Of a stretch of DNA of 64,000 nucleotides, positions 39,365-49,431 are shown piece after piece. The stretch covers positions 341,730 to 405,729 of the forward strand of contig JAWLHE010000004.1 in assembly GCA_041690495.1 (NCBI GenBank), written 5' to 3'. The notes under the pieces are model-generated. The model did no database searches and had not been told where the DNA came from. It worked only from the letters and a program-made list of their open reading frames with translations. The first letter of the stretch is position 1. Each line of letters opens with the position of its first letter. Position numbers and translations under genes: made by a program. Source of the stretch: Alphaproteobacteria bacterium (GTDB taxonomy: Bacteria; Pseudomonadota; Alphaproteobacteria; CACIAM-22H2).

Positions 39365-40348
39365 ATGACCCGAGAGCTCGGCTTCCGCCCCGTCGATCCC
39401 GCCGCCGTGCCGATCGACACCGCGGCCCTCGCACAGATGCCCGTGCCGATCGATGAAGAGACGCAGGCGGCGAACCTTCCGGCCGTGCCGCAGGCGTCGC
39501 AGCCGCGCAAACGCTCGCCGGCGCGCTGGTTCGGATTCTCGTTGGCGCTGTTCGTCGGCGGCGTGCTCGCGGTCGAGAGCATTGAATGGGTGCGCGCCAT
39601 GTACGCGCGCAACGAGGCCCTCGGCTTCGGCTTCTCGGCCCTGCTCGGCCTTGTGCTGGCAAGTGCCGCGTGGTGGACCGCGTCGGAGGTGGCGCAGATC
39701 CGCAGATTGAAAGTGGTCGAGGCGCTGCGGGCCGAGGCCGACCTGCTCGGCGGCGAAGGCTCGGAGCGCGCGCGCATGTGGATCGCCAAGGTCGAGAGCG
39801 CTACAGCGACGACGGCGGAGCGCGCGCGGCTGTTCGCGCAGGCGAACGACACAATTCTCGATACACACAGCGATGCGGACGCCCTGCAGATCTTCCGCCG
39901 CACGGTGCTGACACCGCTCGACGAGGCCGCCTATCGCGCGGTGGCGCGCGCCGCACGCGCGACGGCCCTTGGCGTGTCGGTCAGTCCGGTTGCAAGCATC
40001 GATGCAGCACTGATGATCTGGCGCAGCGTCCGGATGGTGCGACAGATCGCGCAGATTTACGGTCTGCGGCCGGGCGCCGCCGCGACGATCACGCTCGTGC
40101 GACGGTTGCTCTACGGCGCGCTGCAGTCGGTTGCCGTGGACGTGCTCGGTGATGCCTGGGTCCAGCTCCTCGGCCATCGCTTCGCCTCCGTCCTGTCGGC
40201 GCGGCTCGGCGAAGGCGTCTTCGCCGCCGTGCGTGTCGCGCGGCTCGGCATTCTCGCCATCGAGCAGTGCCGTCCCCTGCCCTTCGCCGAGGCGGACCGC
40301 CCAAGCCTGATGAAGCTGCGTAGCGAAATCATGGACTGGCGCGCCTGA
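39365..40348 (+). CDS. ycjF: YcjF family membrane protein (DUF697)
   Basis: Internal ATG MTRELGFRPVD. A central TM pair (WFGFSLALFVGGVLAV / LGFGFSALLGLVLASAAWW) and a C-terminal DUF697-like region sit directly after ycjX. Confidence 0.75.
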   Translation: MTRELGFRPVDPAAVPIDTAALAQMPVPIDEETQAANLPAVPQASQPRKRSPARWFGFSLALFVGGVLAVESIEWVRAMYARNEALGFGFSALLGLVLASAAWWTASEVAQIRRLKVVEALRAEADLLGGEGSERARMWIAKVESATATTAERARLFAQANDTILDTHSDADALQIFRRTVLTPLDEAAYRAVARAARATALGVSVSPVASIDAALMIWRSVRMVRQIAQIYGLRPGAAATITLVRRLLYGALQSVAVDVLGDAWVQLLGHRFASVLSARLGEGVFAAVRVARLGILAIEQCRPLPFAEADRPSLMKLRSEIMDWRA

Positions 40349-40543
40349 CCCGAAGGGCGCCGAAACGCCGGCGGCCGCCCCTTGTAACTTTGCGCCTTTG
40401 GCTCTATGTTATCTCAGTCAACTCGATTTGGGTCGGCCCCGGTTATCGGTTCTTCATTGGCCCGACCCCCGTTTCCCTTCCAGATCCCGCTGACCCGCTG
40501 CGCAGGTGCACAGCGGCGTTATTATACATCTGAAGGACGTTTC

Positions 40544-40753
40544 ATGACTGTCGGTACTGTAAAATGGTTCAATTCGACCAAGGGCTTCGGGTTCATCGCG
40601 CCTGAGGACGGCTCCCAGGATGTGTTCGTACACATCTCCGCCGTCGAGCGCGCCGGACTCAGCACGCTCAACGAGGGTCAGCGCGTAAGCTTCGAGGCTC
40701 AGCGCAACCCGAAGAATGGCAAGACGGCGGCCGAGAACCTCGCCGTCGCCTGA
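40544..40753 (+). CDS. cspA: cold-shock protein (CspA family)
   Basis: [34 protein letters not shown] with RNP1/RNP2 motifs. A GAAGGA RBS precedes it. Confidence 0.95.
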   Translation: MTVGTVKWFNSTKGFGFIAPEDGSQDVFVHISAVERAGLSTLNEGQRVSFEAQRNPKNGKTAAENLAVA

Positions 40754-40757
40754 CCTG

Positions 40758-40805
40758 GGCAAGACCGGGTCTTGAAGTCAGCCGCGGGCGCCAGCGCGCC
40801 CGCGG
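40758..40805 (+). terminator. two consecutive GC-rich hairpins after cspA (AAGACC-G-GGTCTT and CCGCGGGCGC-CAG-CGCGCCCGCGG)
   Basis: Inverted repeats were read directly. No strong T-run follows, so this is a terminator-like structure only. Confidence 0.4.
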
Positions 40806-40855
40806 AATGCCTTGTGCCGGCCCGGGAAGGGCTGGTCAGGTCGAAGGATCGTGTC

Positions 40856-41089
40856 ATGGCAACTCACAAGCGGCGCGTGGAACGCAACGACCTGTTCGGA
40901 ATGGCAGGCGCCAAGCCCGAATGGGAACAGCAACGCGACGACGCGCGCGATCTTGAGCTTGAGAAGACCCGAAGGCTACGGGCGATGCGCCTGGCGGCGC
41001 AGGCGGCGAATGCGGCCAAGCCTGCGGCCCCGCCGCGCGTTGCAGCGAAGCCTGTCCAGAAACCGCGCCGCATCGCACGGGCATCCTGA
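40856..41089 (+). CDS. hypothetical small basic protein (77 aa)
   Basis: MATHKRRVERNDLFGMAGAKPEWEQQRDDARDLELEKTRRL... This is a charged helical protein, with no other support. Confidence 0.35.
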   Translation: MATHKRRVERNDLFGMAGAKPEWEQQRDDARDLELEKTRRLRAMRLAAQAANAAKPAAPPRVAAKPVQKPRRIARAS

Positions 41090-41129
41090 ACGGCGGCGCC
41101 ATACCGCGATGCAAACCGAAAGCTCTGGA

Positions 41130-41315
41130 ATGACCGCCAACAAGTACCAGCCCGGACAGACCGTGACGATGGTCGTGCGGCGTTACGAGCGCACGCCCGG
41201 CGGAAGCTTCCGCATCGTCCGGCGGCTGCCATCGGAAAACGGCATAGCACAATATCGCGTACAGTCCGTGGTCGACGGCCACGAGCGCGTGGTCAGCGAG
41301 TCCGAGCTCGTCTAG
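41130..41315 (+). CDS. hypothetical small protein (61 aa)
   Basis: MTANKYQPGQTVTMVVRRYERTPGGSFRIVRRLPSENGIAQYRVQSVVDGHERVVSESELV. Beta-rich, with an alternative start at 41109. Confidence 0.35.
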   Translation: MTANKYQPGQTVTMVVRRYERTPGGSFRIVRRLPSENGIAQYRVQSVVDGHERVVSESELV

Positions 41316-41733
41316 CCTCAGCTGAATCCGCCGACCTCGATTGCAATCCTGTCTTCGCGCGACAGCGCTATACCCGTCGCTACGGCAAGCCGGAGCGCAG
41401 GTCCGTCCGGCACCGGGCTGATCGAGCGATAGGCCTTGCACGCGAGATCGAACGCGACATGAATCGAGGCGCCGCCCGCAACCGCGCGGGCATAGACATC
41501 CCTGGCCGCTGCCGCTGCCTGATTTGCCGACTGATCCATGAGGCCGCTCCAAGCCGAATCCATGCGCGCGAACCTACGCCTTGCCCCTGCCGCCTCCCAT
41601 GACTACTCCGAGACAGCGCGCATGCGACAGTATTAAGCCCGCGGCGCTGGACCATTGATCCAGGCCGCAGAACAACCCTAATCTGCATGCCTTCGCCGCC
41701 GCCAACGTCCCTGCGCGAAGTGATCGAAGCGTC

Positions 41734-42435
41734 ATGGTCGAACGAGTCGCCATAGTCACAGCCGCCGGCAAAGGAATCGGCGCCGGCATCGCTCGCGCCC
41801 TGCATGCCGACGGATATCGCCTTGTTCTGCTGTCTCCATCCGGAAACGCGGAGAAGCTGGCGAAAGAACTGGGCGGATTCGGCGTCACCGGAAGCGTCAG
41901 CATCCCGAGCGACCTCGAGCGTCTGGTCCAGACGGCACTCGACGCCTGCGGGCGTATCGACGCCGTCGTCAACAGCACCGGCCATCCGCCAAAAGGCAGC
42001 CTGCTCGAGATCGCCGACGCCGACTGGCATGTCGGGCTCGACATGATCCTGCTCAACGTCATCCGCATGGCTCGTCTGGTGACACCGGTCATGCAGCGTC
42101 AGGGCGGCGGCGCGTTCGTGAACCTGTCGACTTACGCGGCGTTCGAGCCCGAACCCGACTTCGCGCTTTCCGCCGCATTCCGCGCCGCGCTGGCGAGCTG
42201 GGCCAAGGTCTACTCCGACCAGAACGCCGCCAGCGGCATCCGCATGAACAATGTGCTGCCGGGCTTTGTCGACAGTCTGCCCGCGAAGCCCGAGCGCAAG
42301 GCCCGCATACCGATGGGACGCTATGCGACGGTGGCCGAGATCGCGAATGTCGTCGCCTTCCTGGTGTCGGACAAGGCGAGCTACATCACCGGCCAGAACA
42401 TCCGCGTGGATGGCGGAATCACGCGAGCGGTGTGA
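41734..42435 (+). CDS. SDR family oxidoreductase
   Basis: VAIVTAAGKGIGAGIARAL Rossmann motif, and S...Y-x3-K (YAAFEPE region). Confidence 0.8.
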   Translation: MVERVAIVTAAGKGIGAGIARALHADGYRLVLLSPSGNAEKLAKELGGFGVTGSVSIPSDLERLVQTALDACGRIDAVVNSTGHPPKGSLLEIADADWHVGLDMILLNVIRMARLVTPVMQRQGGGAFVNLSTYAAFEPEPDFALSAAFRAALASWAKVYSDQNAASGIRMNNVLPGFVDSLPAKPERKARIPMGRYATVAEIANVVAFLVSDKASYITGQNIRVDGGITRAV

Positions 42436-42899
42436 GAGCCAGCCCGTCGAGACAGCCGCCGACGGCGCCAGGCAACGCAGCCCGCGACAGATCCGCATTC
42501 GGCCTTGCAGCGATTCGCCCCGGAAGGAGATCGCGCCGTCGGCAGTTTGCGGACAGGCGATGTCGGCCGCTTGGTGTCCCGCGAGCATCCGTCCCGAATG
42601 GCTTCCTTGAACGCCGGGCCGAATTTACGAAGCGTTCAGCCATGGCGCGTTACAATTGAGGGTTTCAGAAATGAGGGGGATCACATGAGTTCGTCGTTGC
42701 GCGCACTTACGATACTTGCACTCATCACCCTGGCGATCGGTGCTTGTGCGAAGAAGCAGGAATACAGCCACGATGGCTGGTATGCCGTCTACGGACCTGG
42801 CGGCGGGATAGAGTAAGCCGTCCGTCGGCATTCGTTACTTGAACTGTCGATTTGCGCGAAGCCCCGGGCCGGACATGGACCGGAGCGGGGCGTCCGCAT

Positions 42900-43361
42900 T
42901 CACGCCGCAGACGCGCGGGCGACGGCGGCGCGCCGCCCGGCCCGGATCTCGTTGATCGCGTTGCTTGCGGCAGCCGGATCTCGCACGCCAGGAATCCGGA
43001 CACGTGTGTCGTCGACGAGGAGAATCGCGACCTCGCCGCAGCGGCCGCCGAACCAGGGCCGGCGCGGCGAAACCTCAGCCTCGCGCACATCATCCCATGC
43101 GATTTTGTAGATCGGATCGAGCGCCGCGCCGCGCATCGCGATGTGGGTCATTCGCAGGTGGAAGATGAAGCTGCGGCGGCTCCACGTGCAGGCGCCGGCT
43201 GCCAGCGTCAAGCCGCAAGCCGCCATCACGGGATCGAGCGGCGCAAAGGGCAGGATTGCGAAAGCGCCGATCGCGAATGGAACCCAGTAATAGGCAGCGT
43301 CCCGCTCGGCCCAGAACAGTATCGTGTCCTCTGAATTCCCGTCGCGGTCGTCCCGGAACAT
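42900..43361 (-). CDS. hypothetical membrane protein, bacterial PH (bPH_2)-like
   Basis: 153 aa with two N-terminal TM helices then a about 90 aa domain (IAMRGAALDPIYKIAWDDVREAEVS...VAILLVDDTRVRIPGV) resembling membrane-flanked PH domains. Confidence 0.45.
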   Translation of the reverse strand: MFRDDRDGNSEDTILFWAERDAAYYWVPFAIGAFAILPFAPLDPVMAACGLTLAAGACTWSRRSFIFHLRMTHIAMRGAALDPIYKIAWDDVREAEVSPRRPWFGGRCGEVAILLVDDTRVRIPGVRDPAAASNAINEIRAGRRAAVARASAA

Positions 43362-43762
43362 GTGACCTCTTGGCGTAGCATGACTTCCGCAATGCCAAGC
43401 TCACCTGCCCGTTCTTGATTCCTCCGAGCCTCTCCCAACGCGCAGCGCGCGATCCGGGTCCGCAGCCGCCCAGACGCATTGTCGCGGCATGCGGCAGTCG
43501 AACCGGGGCGGTCTCCCGGCCGGTCCGAGCTTGGCGCATGGACGAGCCGCCCGCCTTGAGCGCCGATCTCTTGCAGTCAGCGACCTTCAACGCATCGGGA
43601 GTTCATGCCTGTCGGTTGCGTCAGGGCCATGTCCGATGGACTGGCAGAGCTGAGAGCGTGTCATGACCATTTGGACAGTGGCGGTTTCGGGATTCGAAGC
43701 GATGCTGGAGCGCGGGCAAGCTTGCTTTGTCCTGCCGCCGGACCTCCAGGAAGACCGGACAT

Positions 43763-45214
43763 ATGAATCATCTCGGCACCATTCTGACCGTTGCGCTTGG
43801 CCTCTATGCGCTGGTGACGACCGTGTTCCTCATCTCGGAGAATCGCAGGCCGCAAGCGACGCTGGCCTGGATGCTAGCTCTGTTCTTCACGCCCGGTTTC
43901 GGGCTGCTGATCTACTTCCTGTTCGGCCGGGACCGGAAGGCCTTCAGCAAGCAGAATAGGCTCCTGAGCCAGAATCTCGAGGCAAACGCGCTGCCTCTGC
44001 TCTCGACCGTTCTTTCGCACCAGGACGAGCGGATCGGACGTCTCGAGGACGGCAGCCCGGTGCGCAGGAGGCTGATGATGCTGGTCCGGCGGAATTCCCA
44101 TTCCGCGCTCACCACCGGGAACGCCATCGACATCCGGCAGAACGCATCCAGCTTTTATGCCAGCATGATCGCGGACATGAAGGCGGCGCGCCACTCGATT
44201 CACCTGCAGTATTTTATCTGGGGCGCCGACGAATTCACGCGCAGCCTGAAAGACCTGCTCGCTGCCAAGGCCAGGGAGGGCATCGAGGTACGGTTGCTCT
44301 ACGACCCGATCGGCTCGTTGCTCCATCTGCGGCCCGGCTATATCCGCGAGATGCGCGCCGCGGGCGTGCGGATGGTCCCGACATCGCCGCTCTATCGCCT
44401 GCACACGATCAGCTACCGCAACCACCGCAAGATCACCGTGATCGATGGGGCGGTCGGCTACACCGGCGGCATGAATATCGGCCAGGAGCACATCGATGGC
44501 GGCAAGGGCTTCGAGTCCTGGCGCGACACCCAGCTCCGCGTTCTCGGCGAAGGCGCCGCCATGCTGCAGACCGTGTTCATGATCGACTGGTACAACGCCA
44601 CCGGAGAGGACCTGTTCGCCGGGGCATACTTCCAGCAGCCCGTGAAGGAGTCCGCCGGATCCGGTGTGCCGGTCCAGATACTGACTTCGGGCCCGGATTC
44701 GGAATGGGCGGCGATCCGACAGCTCTATTCTTCGATGATCGTTGCGGCGCAGCGTCACGTCTTCATCCAGTCTCCGTTCTTCATTCCCGACGCAACCATC
44801 GCCGAGGCGCTGAAGCAGGCAGCGCTGGCCGGTATCGACGTTCGGGTCATGCTAAGTGCCCGTGCCTCCGGCAATCCGGTTCCCAATTGGGCCGGAAACA
44901 CCTATATCGCGGACGTTGCCGCCGCCGGAGTGCGCGTGTTTTTCTATGAGAAGGGGTATCTGCACGCCAAAACGATCAGCATCGATTCCGAAATCTGTTC
45001 GATCGGCTCGGCGAACATCGACATCCGCAGTTTCAGCATCAACTACGAGATCAACGCCGTGCTCTACGATGAACGTCATGCGCAGGCGCTCGAGGCGGAT
45101 TTCGAGCGCGACCTCGCCCACTGTACCGAATTCGATCTGGCGGAGTACAGGAAGCGCAACGCTGCCATTCGCTTCAGGGACTCCGTGGCACGACTGTTGT
45201 CGCCATTGCTGTAA
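43763..45214 (+). CDS. cls: cardiolipin synthase
   Basis: Two N-terminal TM helices and two HKD motifs (HRKITVIDG...GGMNIG and HAKTISIDSEICSIGSANID). Confidence 0.9.
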   Translation: MNHLGTILTVALGLYALVTTVFLISENRRPQATLAWMLALFFTPGFGLLIYFLFGRDRKAFSKQNRLLSQNLEANALPLLSTVLSHQDERIGRLEDGSPVRRRLMMLVRRNSHSALTTGNAIDIRQNASSFYASMIADMKAARHSIHLQYFIWGADEFTRSLKDLLAAKAREGIEVRLLYDPIGSLLHLRPGYIREMRAAGVRMVPTSPLYRLHTISYRNHRKITVIDGAVGYTGGMNIGQEHIDGGKGFESWRDTQLRVLGEGAAMLQTVFMIDWYNATGEDLFAGAYFQQPVKESAGSGVPVQILTSGPDSEWAAIRQLYSSMIVAAQRHVFIQSPFFIPDATIAEALKQAALAGIDVRVMLSARASGNPVPNWAGNTYIADVAAAGVRVFFYEKGYLHAKTISIDSEICSIGSANIDIRSFSINYEINAVLYDERHAQALEADFERDLAHCTEFDLAEYRKRNAAIRFRDSVARLLSPLL

Positions 45215-45496
45215 GCCTTATCTGTTCAACCTGGCCTCCGCGGTCGCTGCGGCCGAAGAAAATCGCGTCCGGATCGACGCGGAACTCCGCGAGTGCAACG
45301 ATCTGCCGGACCGGCGCACGGACGGATGGGCTCGATTCGCGTCGGTCCGATGGGGTTCGCTCCGCGGAATCTGCATATCCGGCGTTCCCGATCTCAGGGC
45401 AGTATTGCCCTATCGTCGATCACCGGCTCCTGCCGGCCCGGGAAGACGCCGAAATGTATTGCCCCTTCCCCCGTCCCCAACTATCCAGTCCGTCCC

Positions 45497-46603
45497 ATGA
45501 CACTCCACGAACGCTACGGGCTCACGAGAGTCATCAATGCCGCCGGATCGTTCACACCTGTTGGCGTGTCCCGGTCCTCGCCCGGCGTTGCGCAAGCTGC
45601 TGCCGAGGCCCTGGGGAACTTCTTCGTCATTGACGAGCTTCAGGGCGCGGCCAGCGTCGCACTGGCCCGCTGGACGGGTGCGGAAGCAGGGGCGGTGACC
45701 CACTGCGCCGCAGCCGGAATAACGGTGGCCATCGCGGCGGCCATGACGGGCATGCGAGCCGAGGCCGTGGCCGCCCTGCCCGATACGACCGGAATGGCGA
45801 ATCGCGTGGTGCTGCCGGCAAATCACGCGGTCAATTATGGCCATCCGATCGTGCAGGATGTCCGTCTCGCCGGCGCGCAGCCCGTGTTCGCCGGAACCGC
45901 CGGAGCATGCACGACTGCGGACATCGAGAGGTCGATTTCGCACCCCGAGACGTCCTGCCTGCTCCTGGTTTCATCGCGACTGACGACCGGCGGACCCGTG
46001 GATCTGGCGGGCGCGGTGGCTGCAGCCCAACGTCGCGGCGTGCCGGCGATCATCGACGGGGCAGCCCAGGACATGCGCATCGGGGAGCTGCTTGCCACGG
46101 GCGCCGACCTTGTTGTGATCAGCGCCCACAAGTACCTGGCATCACCGACTGCGGGTCTGATCATCGGCCGTAGCAAGTGGGTACAAGCCGCCCGCGCGCA
46201 GGAGAAAGGCATCGGCCGGGCGATGAAGCCCACGAAGGAGGCGATATGCGGCGTTCTGGCCGCGATCGAGGAACGCGAGCGGCTCGATCTCGCGGCCTGG
46301 CGCCGAAAGCAGGAGGACAGGGTCATCCATTTCGTTCAGCTCGCGAACGCGCTGGATGGAGTGAACGCGCGGGCTCAGCCCGACGCGGTCGGGATGCCTT
46401 TTTCGCGGGCGCACCTCTCCATAGACAGCGGCCGCGCGCGCCTCGACGCGCGTGCACTCGCCGCCGCGTTGAAATCGGGAGCGCCCTCGATCTGGATCAT
46501 GGAGCACCGGCTCGCCGAGGCAGAGCTCATCCTCGAGTTGGTTCAGCTCGGAGACGATGAGATCGACACCATTCTCGCGCGCCTGTCCGAGCTGCTGGCT
46601 TGA
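45497..46603 (+). CDS. SelA-like / DgaE-like PLP-dependent enzyme (aminotransferase class V fold)
   Basis: Internal ATG MTLHERYGLTRVINAAGSFTPVGV. ISAHKYLASPTAGLI has the PLP-lysine context typical of SelA/DgaE family. Confidence 0.6.
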   Translation: MTLHERYGLTRVINAAGSFTPVGVSRSSPGVAQAAAEALGNFFVIDELQGAASVALARWTGAEAGAVTHCAAAGITVAIAAAMTGMRAEAVAALPDTTGMANRVVLPANHAVNYGHPIVQDVRLAGAQPVFAGTAGACTTADIERSISHPETSCLLLVSSRLTTGGPVDLAGAVAAAQRRGVPAIIDGAAQDMRIGELLATGADLVVISAHKYLASPTAGLIIGRSKWVQAARAQEKGIGRAMKPTKEAICGVLAAIEERERLDLAAWRRKQEDRVIHFVQLANALDGVNARAQPDAVGMPFSRAHLSIDSGRARLDARALAAALKSGAPSIWIMEHRLAEAELILELVQLGDDEIDTILARLSELLA

Positions 46604-46609
46604 AGGCGG

Positions 46610-48430
46610 CTACGCCGCCTCGGCCACCCGCACGCCGGCGCCCTTCACCAGCATCACCTTGTTGAGCAGCTTCACCAGCGCGTAGACGGACTCGATCGCG
46701 GGGGCGGGCGTCTCGGTGACGCGCGCCATTTCGAGGATCGAGCCGATCAGCGCCTCGGTCTCGAGCGAGCGGCCCGCCTCGACGTCCTGGAGCATCGACG
46801 TCTTGTGGGCGCCGACGCTCTCGGCCCCGGCGATGCGCTTCTCGATCGTCACGCGGAAGGTGACGCCGAGCTTCTTGGCGATCGTCTCGGCCTCCTCCAT
46901 CATCCGCGCCGCCAGCTTGCGCGTCTCCGGGAACTGGCAGATATCGACCAGGGTCGCGTGCGTGAGCGCGCTGATCGGGTTGAAGGACAGGTTGCCCCAA
47001 GCCTTGAGCCAGATCTCGGACCGGATATCCTTGAGCACGCGCGACTTGAGGCCGGACTTTACCAGCACGTCGTGGAGCAGCCTGACGCGATCCGTCTCCT
47101 TGCCATCGAGCTCGCCGATCGGGAAGCGGTCGCCTTCCACATGGTGGATGACGCCGGGCGCCGTCACTGCGGCGGCCGGGTAGACGACGCAGCCGATGAT
47201 GCGGTTGGCGTCGATCTTCTTCGTCAGGATGCCGGTCGGATCGAGGCTCTCCAGTTTCCTGTTGTCGTACTTGCCGCCGAGTTTCTGGAAATACCACCAC
47301 GGCAGCCCGTTCTGGACGGTCATCACCATGGTGTCGGGGCCGAGCATGTGCTCGATGTTCTTGGCGACATTGTCGAGATAGTGCGCCTTGACCGCGAGGA
47401 TCACGAGATCCTGCTTGCCGGCCTCCGCGACATTGTCGACGGCCTTGACCTTCGCGGTCTCGACCTTGCCGTCATGCCATTCAAGCTTCAAACCGCTCTT
47501 CTTGATCGCCGCAAGGTGCGGGCCGAGGTCGATGACGGTCACCTCGTTCCCGGCGAGCGCCAGCTTCGCCGCCATCAGGCCGCCGATGGCGCCGGCGCCG
47601 ACCACGCCGACCTTGATCGGCTTCGGCGCTGCGCCGAGCAGATACGGGCTGGGCAGAACCTGGTTGAACGGATTGCTGAGCGTGCCGACACCGTCGATGA
47701 CGATATCGATCATGTTGTTCGCCTCGCCCATGACGCCGGCGCCCAGCGAAGTGCCGCAGGCGATGACGTCACCCGGCATCAGGGTCATGTCGCGCGAGAT
47801 CGCCGCCACCAGCTTGTACGGCGGGAAGAACATGTCTGATACGGGATAGTTCTGCACCTCCTTGCCGTTGAGGATGGTGCGGATCCTGAGCTGCATCGGG
47901 TCGACGCCGGTCGCGATCGCCGGCCCGAACACGCCGAACGTGTCAAAGCTCTTGGACCGGACCCACTGGTCGAAGGTCGGGTTCTTCTTGAGCAGGTCGA
48001 CCGCTGTGACGTCATTCACGCAGGTGTAACCGAAGATGTAGTCCTTGGCCTCCGCCTCGGTGACGTTCGAGCATTTCTTGCCGATGACGACGCCAAGCTC
48101 GCCCTCGTAGATGATCCGGCCGCTATAGGTCTTCGGCCGCTCGATCGGCGCGCCGTGCGGGTGATAGGCGTTCGGCGCCTTGAGGAAGTAGAGCGGCTCC
48201 TCCGGGACCAGGAAGTTGTTCTTGGCGGCGAGCTGATGGAAGTTGTTCCACAGGCAGACCATCTTCGACGGCTCGCACGGCGTGAGCACGCGCACGTCTG
48301 CAAGCGACACGGCCTCTCCGGACGGCTCGTTCTCGCCGAACATCTCCCCGGTATGGACGACGATCTTTCCATCCACGAGGGTGCCGAACCCGACCTGTCC
48401 GCCCCGCTCGAACCTCACCCAATGCGCCAT
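46610..48430 (-). CDS. bifunctional fusion: fumarylacetoacetate-hydrolase (FAH) family domain plus 2-dehydropantoate 2-reductase (ApbA/PanE) domain
   Basis: The N-terminal 280 aa carry FAH-fold blocks (EGELGVVIGKK, GYTCVNDVTA). The C-terminal 320 aa carry KPR blocks (KVGVVGAGAIGGLMAAKLALAGNEV, ...NGLPW..., ...SMLQDVEAGRSLE). Confidence 0.75.
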   Translation of the reverse strand: MAHWVRFERGGQVGFGTLVDGKIVVHTGEMFGENEPSGEAVSLADVRVLTPCEPSKMVCLWNNFHQLAAKNNFLVPEEPLYFLKAPNAYHPHGAPIERPKTYSGRIIYEGELGVVIGKKCSNVTEAEAKDYIFGYTCVNDVTAVDLLKKNPTFDQWVRSKSFDTFGVFGPAIATGVDPMQLRIRTILNGKEVQNYPVSDMFFPPYKLVAAISRDMTLMPGDVIACGTSLGAGVMGEANNMIDIVIDGVGTLSNPFNQVLPSPYLLGAAPKPIKVGVVGAGAIGGLMAAKLALAGNEVTVIDLGPHLAAIKKSGLKLEWHDGKVETAKVKAVDNVAEAGKQDLVILAVKAHYLDNVAKNIEHMLGPDTMVMTVQNGLPWWYFQKLGGKYDNRKLESLDPTGILTKKIDANRIIGCVVYPAAAVTAPGVIHHVEGDRFPIGELDGKETDRVRLLHDVLVKSGLKSRVLKDIRSEIWLKAWGNLSFNPISALTHATLVDICQFPETRKLAARMMEEAETIAKKLGVTFRVTIEKRIAGAESVGAHKTSMLQDVEAGRSLETEALIGSILEMARVTETPAPAIESVYALVKLLNKVMLVKGAGVRVAEAA

Positions 48431-48825
48431 GGCTCGCTCCCGTGCTGCCGGTCAAACGCCTCGAAGGAACGCCGGACGCTTTCGTCGGGAGTGGTCGGCC
48501 CGGACCGCGGGCGCCACCGCCGCATCTCGGCGGCCGGCGCCGTGTTCGGTGCATCGGCCGGAGTTGGAGCGGAAAGCCGCCGGCTTCCGCCGCAGCGCGC
48601 TCCAGCGCCCTCCCTCGCAAGCATTCGGTCTGGCCGTCGAGGCTCTTGGCCTGCATGCAATAGGGCTGCTTTCAGGCTGTCAAGGCGAACTTCGCTTGGC
48701 GGCTGCATCCTCCTTTCGGGCAGTACACTTCTGTCGCGAATGCCCGTCAGGAACAGAATTGCCAAGCCTTCGTTGCAATCTTCGGTTCGGATGCGCCGCG
48801 ACCCGGCCTTATCGGGGGATGTCCC

Positions 48826-49110
48826 ATGAGATACCACCATATCGTGTCAGAAGAGCCACGCGATGCCGCAATCGAGAACCTGCGCGTGATGGTCACCGCA
48901 CAATCGGCCCTGATCCTGGGCCTGCTCACGGTTCTTGGCGAATCCCGGATAATGCCGCGCGCCGGGTTGCGCGCCGTGCTCGAGGCGGCGCTGGACATGG
49001 TCGACAATGTCGATCTCGACGGCGCCGATCCGACTCCACGCGGCCTCCATGCAGCCAGGACCTGGCTGCAGCAGCTCCTCGACGACTTGCCCGAGAGTTG
49101 GGCGGCCTAG
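48826..49110 (+). CDS. hypothetical small protein (94 aa)
   Basis: GGGGGA RBS 6 nt upstream. Balanced amphipathic sequence with no family recognised. Confidence 0.35.
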   Translation: MRYHHIVSEEPRDAAIENLRVMVTAQSALILGLLTVLGESRIMPRAGLRAVLEAALDMVDNVDLDGADPTPRGLHAARTWLQQLLDDLPESWAA

Positions 49111-49431
49111 CCGCCCTGAAGAATGGAGCGTAGATTGAGCGACCAGGTAACGCCGCATGGCATCGTCACCTCCTGGTCGCCGACTTCCTCGATCGCGACA
49201 AGACATTCGCAGCGAACGCAGCGCACGATCGCCGGCCCTTCGAAATAGCGCCTGATCGTTCTGAACTTGCATCCGGGCTCGCGCGGCGGCGCGGCACGGA
49301 CATGGAGAGGGCGGCTATCGTCACGGGTCATCGTGGCGCGATAGATGCGCATCACCCCGTTAGCAGGTCGTTAATCGTGGTCGCGATGCGATCCCGCAAG
49401 AAAGCTTGGCTGCGAGGTCATCGTCTTTGCG

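Noticed and set aside
43090-43590. 166-aa minus ORF in the cls upstream region
   Set aside because: Arg-rich with no RBS or domain. It overlaps the likely divergent promoter region.
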